The notes under the pieces are model-generated. The model was not told where the DNA came from. It made no database searches and was given only the letters and a program-made list of their open reading frames with translations. DNA of 64,000 nucleotides, from the IMG/VR virus record IMGVR_UViG_3300021400_000020, positions 1-64,000 of that record. One strand, written 5' to 3'. Position numbers and translations under genes: made by a program. This stretch comes from a virus. The first letter of the stretch is position 1; each line of letters opens with the position of its first letter. Shown here one piece after another: positions 17,291 through 23,539 of the stretch.

Positions 17291-17298
17291 TAACTTTG
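17291..17298 (+). promoter_or_regulatory. -7 box TAACTTTG
   Basis: 23 nt upstream of the 17321 ATG. Confidence 0.6.
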
Positions 17299-17320
17299 CA
17301 AGCAAATTCAAAAACTGACA

Positions 17321-18256
17321 ATGACTAAAATAAACCAAAATCCCGTTCCATTGGCAATGGCAAATGAACTGTTCGACCATGCCTACCAACAGCTGCACCA
17401 GCTGCTGCCTAATACCGTATGCTTCTTCATCGACAACGCATCCACATGGATCATCGGTAATGATGCGGACACCATTCATCGATTGTTCGCCATCCCATAT
17501 ACTCATGCGGCAACCTTGTTCCAAATCACGGTACTGCCCACTGAACAGGCAATGCAACTCGTACCAGCAATCGTGGAGAAAGGACGACGCATCTACATCG
17601 CCGACCTGAGAACCGTCCTCTTCCATGCCACAAGCGAACAACCATTCTCACCACTACAGCCTGACGGAAAGAAAGTAGAAAACTCCGAATTCTCACAACC
17701 ACTCATGCTGAACGGGATTTCCGTACAGCCATCAGTTACCCCACTCCCACAACCTGCACAGACGGATTACGTACTGTCGGAAGGACTGAAAATAGCATCT
17801 CAATACCTCACGCAGAATTTCATCGCCTCTTGTTGCGGTATCGGAATACAGGGTATCAGCGCCTACACACAAAAGGAACCAAGACGATTCTTCAACCAGA
17901 ACAACACACTGGAGAAATATAACTACGGCATCCGTCGATGCGCACAGATGTTGCTCGACACAAAACTGGAGGAAGGACCTCAGTCTGCACTCGACTCGCC
18001 GCTCTTCTACGGACTCACGTTCATCGAGAAGTTCAGAGTGCTCGGCAAATTCGTCAAGATTCCATTCCTCTTCGAGACAGTCATGAACAAGTCCTATAAC
18101 TGGCGCTCCCTCCGACTCTTCAACAAACAGTCCAAACACTACAACAAGTTCACCGCCGAAGAACTGGAAGAAGTACACCAAGGTCTTCAGGAAATGGCAC
18201 ACACCATCCTCACCATCCACTTCATCCCCGACGAACTCCCACCCATCCACCCCTAA
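17321..18256 (+). CDS. Hypothetical protein; N-terminal region shares a pattern with the 21473 ORF
   Basis: 311 aa. CFFIDNASTWIIGNDADTIHRLF...VLPTEQAMQLVPAIVEKG compares with ILVNDGTNFHTFAEDVDAVMSCVF...FPKTQIDVITLLLRNN. Confidence 0.7.
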   Translation: MTKINQNPVPLAMANELFDHAYQQLHQLLPNTVCFFIDNASTWIIGNDADTIHRLFAIPYTHAATLFQITVLPTEQAMQLVPAIVEKGRRIYIADLRTVLFHATSEQPFSPLQPDGKKVENSEFSQPLMLNGISVQPSVTPLPQPAQTDYVLSEGLKIASQYLTQNFIASCCGIGIQGISAYTQKEPRRFFNQNNTLEKYNYGIRRCAQMLLDTKLEEGPQSALDSPLFYGLTFIEKFRVLGKFVKIPFLFETVMNKSYNWRSLRLFNKQSKHYNKFTAEELEEVHQGLQEMAHTILTIHFIPDELPPIHP

Positions 18257-18261
18257 CTCCC

Positions 18262-18331
18262 ACCACCCTCCCATCCTCCCCATCAATCCCATCAATCCCA
18301 TCAACCCCACCAACCCCATTAACCCCATCCC
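18262..18331 (+). repeat. Longest CCCAT-type tract, running into ATG 18332
   Basis: ccatcaatcccatcaatcccatcaaccccaccaaccccattaaccccatcccATG. Confidence 0.85.
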
Positions 18332-18685
18332 ATGATAAAGGAAAGCATGTTTTTCACCGAGCCCACCATTAAGGATTATCGTGATATGGATGTTGTGAAG
18401 ATAATCCGCGAACACTTATACACGAAGGGCACTTGGAACCATCCCATCTTAAAGGATGAACAGCCGAAACCTATTAACAAGACCGTACATCCGAAAGACC
18501 TTGTATCTGACGGACTGTTTGTATATGGACTTAAATGCAACGCAACCAACAAACGAGCTGTGGAATACTACTGTGAACGCTGGGCTCGCATCCACCAAAT
18601 ACTCGACCATCAAGGCTGCATAAAAATCCCCGAAGACCTTTGGCTGGAGTGTGACGAATATAATCACAAAATGACAGGAAGGTAA
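18332..18685 (+). CDS. Hypothetical protein
   Basis: 117 aa. Confidence 0.6.
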   Translation: MIKESMFFTEPTIKDYRDMDVVKIIREHLYTKGTWNHPILKDEQPKPINKTVHPKDLVSDGLFVYGLKCNATNKRAVEYYCERWARIHQILDHQGCIKIPEDLWLECDEYNHKMTGR

Positions 18686-18884
18686 AGAAGATAATTATGG
18701 CTTACGGAATCTGATGTTGTGAGCATGTTGAAAAACAGTCATTCATAAAACAATTCTTACTTAATATTGCAGAGTTGATGTAAAAGAATCACTGCATTCA
18801 CCCTCTTTTTGTGGTGACGATGCAGAAAAATATACGGCAAAAATTGCACATATTAACTATAAATGTGTAACAAATTCGCTTAAA

Positions 18885-18920
18885 ATTGCACACTACAACA
18901 ATAGTGTGCAATTTTTGTTT
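18885..18920 (+). terminator. Intrinsic terminator
   Basis: ATTGCACACT/AGTGTGCAAT 10-bp stem followed by TTTTTGTTTT. Confidence 0.7.
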
Positions 18921-19188
18921 TATTGAATTTTGAGTCATAATTTTTTTCGACCTGTAAAAATTTGCGCCATTCCGAATTTTTTTTTGATTTTTTTTGTTTT
19001 TTTTTCACGCGCACCCCACGCGCCCCGCAAAGGAACACGGGCGTTCCTCGCCTGGTTCGGAACGTTCGCAAATATGCCTGAATGATTCCACCAAAACGAG
19101 CAGCACACACCCAGACGATCGCCATAAAAGAGGTACGCGTAGAAATGGCATCCAAGACAGCGAAAAAGCATCTTTTCAGATTCGAGAG

Positions 19189-19237
19189 AAAAACACCCGA
19201 TTTTGTAAAGTCGAGTTTGCAAAATTGGGTGTTTTTT
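19189..19237. terminator. Long hairpin, possibly a bidirectional terminator
   Basis: AAAAACACCC ... GGGTGTTTTT with an inner TTTTG/CAAAA stem. Confidence 0.5.
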
Positions 19238-19340
19238 CGCTTTGTTGATGCTAAGTGAAATTTTTTTCAATCTTTAGATTGAAGCGAAAATGCGCTTAAA
19301 ATTTTTGTAGTGAAAATTTGCATGAATGAAAAACACTTTA

Positions 19341-19348
19341 TAACTTTG
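19341..19348 (+). promoter_or_regulatory. -7 box TAACTTTG
   Basis: TAnnTTTG match upstream of the 19508 gene. The distance (about 160 nt) is long. Confidence 0.35.
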
Positions 19349-19507
19349 CATCGTCGAAAACAAAAAAACGGCAACAAAACATTGACTGATTAGAGGTCTG
19401 GTTAAAGAGGCTTTTACACCTAAATAAACAAGCCCAACGTGAAAAGCAGCACGGCAAAAATTGCTAAAAATAACAAAATTTTCAAACTTAATAAAACTTT
19501 TTACATT

Positions 19508-20092
19508 ATGGCAACTAAAATTTTTGCAGCGCAAAAGAATAGCGCAAAGGTAGAACTTAATCAGGTATGTAAGTCCCCATTCGCAGCTTTTAACATGTTA
19601 AAAGCAGCCGCAAAGCGTGACGAATCCGTGGAAAATGCCGCTATTCGTGAAATTATTAGCACCTCTTGCATGTATGCGAACACCTCAAAACTCGACTTTT
19701 CATGTGTTCAACTGAACTCTATGGGTGACGTTTGCACGTTGAAAAAAGTATCTACTTTCATGCAAATTGAGGGTGTTTTGTACTCAAAAGAGGGTTACGA
19801 AGTCGTTTACATGTTGGGTGCATATTATGCACTTTTGCCAATCAAAACCTCCTCTCTGGGTGTTACTTTGTCGGGTTACATTAACGCTATCGTGTCCCTG
19901 TCAAATATCCGTGCATCTTATTGCGCTATTTGGGAGAAAAAAGCATCTAAGAAAAGCAGCGCAAAGAAGAGTGCAAAGAGTGTCGAAGAGGATGACGTGA
20001 ATAGTGCTGCTTTAGCACTTAACATTCAGGCTGCATTTGCTGCAAACGGAATCATTAAAAGTCTTGACGAATGTCGCAAAATGATTGCTTAA
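19508..20092 (+). CDS. Hypothetical protein (start moved from GTG 19439 to ATG 19508)
   Basis: 194 aa beginning MATKIFAAQ. Lys/Ser-rich segment near the C-terminus. Confidence 0.6.
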   Translation: MATKIFAAQKNSAKVELNQVCKSPFAAFNMLKAAAKRDESVENAAIREIISTSCMYANTSKLDFSCVQLNSMGDVCTLKKVSTFMQIEGVLYSKEGYEVVYMLGAYYALLPIKTSSLGVTLSGYINAIVSLSNIRASYCAIWEKKASKKSSAKKSAKSVEEDDVNSAALALNIQAAFAANGIIKSLDECRKMIA

Positions 20093-20642
20093 TAGCATCA
20101 TGGCGGGTGTGAATATTGGAACGTAGGGCGGTATCGTACACCGCCACACCCTCAAAAATAGGTTGGCACGACGGTGCTAATCAGGCTTTGAAAACAAAGT
20201 TTTGCATAGAAAAAAGTGGTTGCTTTGAGCGCGGATGGTTTGCGGTTGCTTACATTCAAATTTGCTCCTTTGCAAAGCTGTTGAAAAGTTGAAATAGTTC
20301 TTTTACATTTCTGGAACAATCAAACGAAAACGTAATCTTTCGGTTTTTGTAGCAAATAGGGAATCAAACGACTTTCGGGCGTGCTTTGTTAGTAGTAAGT
20401 GCTTTGCACACTGGGTTCTCTCTGAAGCTAAGGGATGCTGCTACATTGTCGAATGTTGGGCGCGGAAAACACGGAGAACATAAACGCATGAATGTTGAAA
20501 ACTTTTGGTTCATGTGTTGGTTCATATACTGAAATACATGCCGTTGTGTTGTAACACGTTGGCATCCGTGAATTGCAGGGAAAAAAGTTTATTGCTCTCT
20601 TTTTAAGTGTCCACCAGGTTCCGACCTGATGGGTGCTTCTCT
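20093..20642 (+). ncRNA. ORF-free structured region (candidate large ncRNA or leader)
   Basis: No ORF of 60 aa or more on either strand. Nested hairpins include GGCGGT-atcgtac-ACCGCC inside GGGTGT/ACACCC, CATGAA..TTCATG, ATGCC-GTT-GTGT-tgta-ACAC-GTT-GGCAT and CCACCAGGT-tccg-ACCTGATGG. Confidence 0.4.
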
Positions 20643-20727
20643 GGGAGTGTGCAGCATCATATCATTGGGATGCTGCTGGCGTGCTTCTCGAAGACATGCA
20701 AGGGGTTCGACTCCTCTCACTCCCCCA
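20643..20727 (+). ncRNA. tRNA-like cloverleaf (non-canonical)
   Basis: Acceptor GGGAGTG/CACTCCC. T-arm AGGGG-TTCGACT-CCTCT with a canonical T-loop. The D-position arm is 8 bp with a 10-nt loop. The anticodon-position arm is 5 bp with an 11-nt loop (CTTCTCGAAGA). The 3' tail is C-CAA. Confidence 0.5.
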
Positions 20728-20773
20728 AATTAGAATGAAGAATAACAAATCAAAATTATAGGAGAAAAGAAAA

Positions 20774-21025
20774 ATGAACGAAACAGTCACTATGTACCAT
20801 GTAGCATATACGGCTTTCAATGGTTCGAGAAACGAAAACGATTATACGACCTCAAAAGATGCTCGTGAAAAGTTGGATGGCATCCGCTCTCAGTATGTAA
20901 ACTTTGGTTATCATTTGACAAATCGTGAAAATAATGACGGCAAGTTACGTGAAGTGTGGAAGCACCCAAAACGTGCCGATATGGTTATTGAAAATTATCA
21001 ACACGAAGTAACATTTATTCTCTAA
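20774..21025 (+). CDS. Hypothetical protein
   Basis: 83 aa. Preceded by AGGAG (20760-20764), one of the few SD-like sites in the window. Confidence 0.6.
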   Translation: MNETVTMYHVAYTAFNGSRNENDYTTSKDAREKLDGIRSQYVNFGYHLTNRENNDGKLREVWKHPKRADMVIENYQHEVTFIL

Positions 21026-21075
21026 CAATATTCACTAAAACCTTTACGGTGGTGTAGGCAAACCGTTTCTCAAAA

Positions 21076-21210
21076 ATGGATCGCTTGAAAAATCTTTGGT
21101 ATCGACCTATCATAAATGATGGGGAGGACGTATTTACCTTCGGGCAATGCGTCATGGCTTGTCTGGGCACATTATTGCTCATAGTCATTTTAAACGTATC
21201 AACATTTTAG
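21076..21210 (+). CDS. Small hypothetical membrane protein (below the ORF-track cutoff)
   Basis: 44 aa, MDRLKNLWYRP...CLGTLLLIVILNVSTF, translated by hand. Hydrophobic C-terminus. Confidence 0.35.
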   Translation: MDRLKNLWYRPIINDGEDVFTFGQCVMACLGTLLLIVILNVSTF

Positions 21211-21246
21211 AATTTTATAATTTTACCATTCAAACATTTTAGCATT

Positions 21247-21402
21247 ATGAAAAAGGCAAGAATTATTCGATTTAACAAGAAAACAAGAGAAAATCTTTTG
21301 GTTTGTACTTTGGCTATCAGTGAGGCACTGATGACAGCTTTCTACTACAACATGGCAGAAACCGATAGCGATGTGCGCTATAAGGTTGAAACCTTGAAGT
21401 AA
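21247..21402 (+). CDS. Small hypothetical protein (below the ORF-track cutoff)
   Basis: 51 aa, MKKARIIRFNKKTRENLLVC..., translated by hand. Confidence 0.35.
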   Translation: MKKARIIRFNKKTRENLLVCTLAISEALMTAFYYNMAETDSDVRYKVETLK

Positions 21403-21443
21403 CTCTATTCTGTACTATGGAGACACGAACGCATCAAAATATA

Positions 21444-21472
21444 ATTTCAAACTTTTAAAATTTTACATCAAC
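21444..21472 (+). promoter_or_regulatory. Conserved upstream box ATTTCAAACTTTTAAAAYTTTACAWCAAC, copy 1
   Basis: Near-identical to 25422-25450. Both abut an ATG. Confidence 0.5.
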
Positions 21473-22924
21473 ATGAAAACTAACATGATTTACGCAACTT
21501 GGAATGTTGCACGTAACGAGAACAAAAACCAGAATCAGATTATCTTGGTTAATGATGGCACTAACTTCCATACCTTCGCAGAGGATGTGGATGCCGTTAT
21601 GTCGTGTGTATTTGGCACTGATTCCGAGAAGGTTGTTAATGAAAGCAAGTATCAAGATATGGCAACTTGTTCTTTCCCAAAGACACAGATTGACGTTATC
21701 ACTCTGCTGCTTCGCAACAACATGGCACCTATCATTCGCATGTTGCCAGAGGATGCAGAGGTTGCTTCTGAACCTACTGCCAAGGTAATAGCTATGCCTA
21801 CGAACAGCAAGCCAGAGGCAACCAAGGAAACCAAGCCAGAGGCAACCAAGGAAACCAAGCCAGAGGCAACCAAGGAAACCAAGCCAGAGCCTACCAAGAC
21901 AATCAAGTCAGAGCCTACCAAGACAACCAAGCCAGAGCCAGTTACATCTACTCCATCCATTGAGCCTATTGCAAACGAGCCAACACTTAGCAAAGCACAA
22001 CTCGCAACCCTTGAGAAGTATTGGATGAAAGGTTATGACCTTGCTAATGCATACGTGGCTTCATTGAGTTCGACTGAAATCAACGAGAAGTTGCTTGACC
22101 TGAAGAACAAACTTGATTCATCTTGGGCAAATGCTCAGAAAGTGAAGAAGAATCTTGCAAGTTTCTTTATCGCCATGATGGGGTATAGAACAGTGCAAGG
22201 TCAAATTGCTTGCATTGATAAATACCTGAAGGGTTGTGGTACTGAAGAACCTGCCGTGACCGATGAACCTACTACCACTGAAGAACCTACTACCACTGAA
22301 GAACCTACTACCACTGAAGAACCTACTACCACCGAAGAACCTACTGTGACCGAAACTCCTGCCGTGGCTGAAACTCCTGCCGTGGCTGAAACTCCTGCCG
22401 TGGCTGAAACTCCTGCCGTTGTTGTTAGTGTTGATGCAGACACTGACACGCCAACACCAACAATCTGGCTTGGGTACTCTCCTAAGAGCTTCGTATTCAC
22501 TGGTAGCATCAAGGATGATGCAGACATCCTTACAAACTTAGGCGGTCGTTGGAACAGCTTTGGGTTCAAGGAAATTGACGGCAAGCCACAAGGATGGACG
22601 TTTCAATCCGCTAAGCAAGACGTGCTTGTTGCTACTCTCAAACGTCTTTACCCTTCCGTTGTCTTGATGGACTGCCAGCGCAGTAGCGCAGTCGATGAAC
22701 CTCAGAAACCTCTCTGCCGACTTCAGATGATTGACTACTCTGATAGATGTGTTGCCTTGACAGGTGAGGGCATCGAGTTCTACGAGAAACAGATTATGAA
22801 TGAGCTTCACGGAGCACGTTGCAATCGTTTGGTGATTGGTACAGACAAACCTCGTCTTGGCTTCTTTATCAGCAAAAGACGTATGAGTGATGTAGAAAAG
22901 TTTGTGAACACTGTTAATGCGTAA
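21473..22924 (+). CDS. Hypothetical modular protein with PT/E-rich tandem linkers and two C-terminal repeat modules
   Basis: 483 aa. KPEATKET x3 plus variants (about 21809-21953). EEPTTT x4 and ETPAVA x4 (about 22244-22427). C-terminal modules at about 22463-22657 and 22721-22912. Confidence 0.75.
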   Translation: MKTNMIYATWNVARNENKNQNQIILVNDGTNFHTFAEDVDAVMSCVFGTDSEKVVNESKYQDMATCSFPKTQIDVITLLLRNNMAPIIRMLPEDAEVASEPTAKVIAMPTNSKPEATKETKPEATKETKPEATKETKPEPTKTIKSEPTKTTKPEPVTSTPSIEPIANEPTLSKAQLATLEKYWMKGYDLANAYVASLSSTEINEKLLDLKNKLDSSWANAQKVKKNLASFFIAMMGYRTVQGQIACIDKYLKGCGTEEPAVTDEPTTTEEPTTTEEPTTTEEPTTTEEPTVTETPAVAETPAVAETPAVAETPAVVVSVDADTDTPTPTIWLGYSPKSFVFTGSIKDDADILTNLGGRWNSFGFKEIDGKPQGWTFQSAKQDVLVATLKRLYPSVVLMDCQRSSAVDEPQKPLCRLQMIDYSDRCVALTGEGIEFYEKQIMNELHGARCNRLVIGTDKPRLGFFISKRRMSDVEKFVNTVNA

Positions 22925-22930
22925 TCTCCT

Positions 22931-23539
22931 ATGAATGATTTGAATGATTTCGAAAAGGCTGTCAAGTCATTGCTTGACAAGCGTGCTGAAACTGATAGTT
23001 TGTTCCGCACCACTTACGCAAAGCCTAACAAGAATATCAAAGAATGTTGCCAATACATCTTCGGCACTGTTTATGAACGCGCCAAGAATCAGCATTGCAG
23101 TTATGGCGGACGTTCAGGTTGCAGTGCAGCCGTGAGTGATGAAGAAGTGGTTGGCATGGCAGTCCACTACTACGATGAAGACGACATCAAGATACCAGGT
23201 GTAAGTGCTTCTGTCTCTACAAGTGTTGCAGGTGCTCCTCCAACCAAAAGCACGGGTGCAAAGAGGAAAGCAAAATCCGCTTCCTCTGTTGCACCTGCTC
23301 CAATGGCTGTTGCAGCATCATCGGATGGCGTGTCTGCCATTAGTGCTGAACCAACCACCAAGACTCTTTCTTTCAACATGGACGGTGACAAGGTTGCCGT
23401 CCGTGGAACTCTGACATCAAGCCAGAGAGGTGAGCTTTTGAAGGCTGGTGCTAAATATGATTTGCAGAAGAGATGCTTCTATGTGTCTCTCGACCAGATT
23501 CAGTTAGTGATGAATATCGTAAATGGCGACGTGAAATGA
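22931..23539 (+). CDS. PcfK-like protein (AcrIIA9-family-like N-terminus)
   Basis: 202 aa. FEKAVKSLLDKRAETDSLFRTTYAKPNKNIKECCQYI...VSDEEVVGMAVHYYDEDDIK matches my recollection of the PcfK/AcrIIA9 family signature. Followed by a PcfJ-like gene, as in pCF10. Confidence 0.5.
   Translation: MNDLNDFEKAVKSLLDKRAETDSLFRTTYAKPNKNIKECCQYIFGTVYERAKNQHCSYGGRSGCSAAVSDEEVVGMAVHYYDEDDIKIPGVSASVSTSVAGAPPTKSTGAKRKAKSASSVAPAPMAVAASSDGVSAISAEPTTKTLSFNMDGDKVAVRGTLTSSQRGELLKAGAKYDLQKRCFYVSLDQIQLVMNIVNGDVK

Noticed and set aside
18880-19270. Three mutually overlapping ORFs (18880-19155 -, 18935-19270 -, 18994-19248 +)
   Set aside because: They overlap on both strands and span homopolymer T/A runs and terminator hairpins, and they have Arg/Lys-rich low-complexity products. 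The region is treated as non-coding.
20643-20727. Canonical tRNA or tmRNA gene
   Set aside because: The acceptor and T-arm are canonical. However, the D-position stem is 8 bp with a 10-nt loop and the anticodon-position loop is 11 nt, so no anticodon can be assigned. No tmRNA-style distant 5' acceptor partner, tag ORF or pseudoknot series was found. It is kept only as a tRNA-like element.
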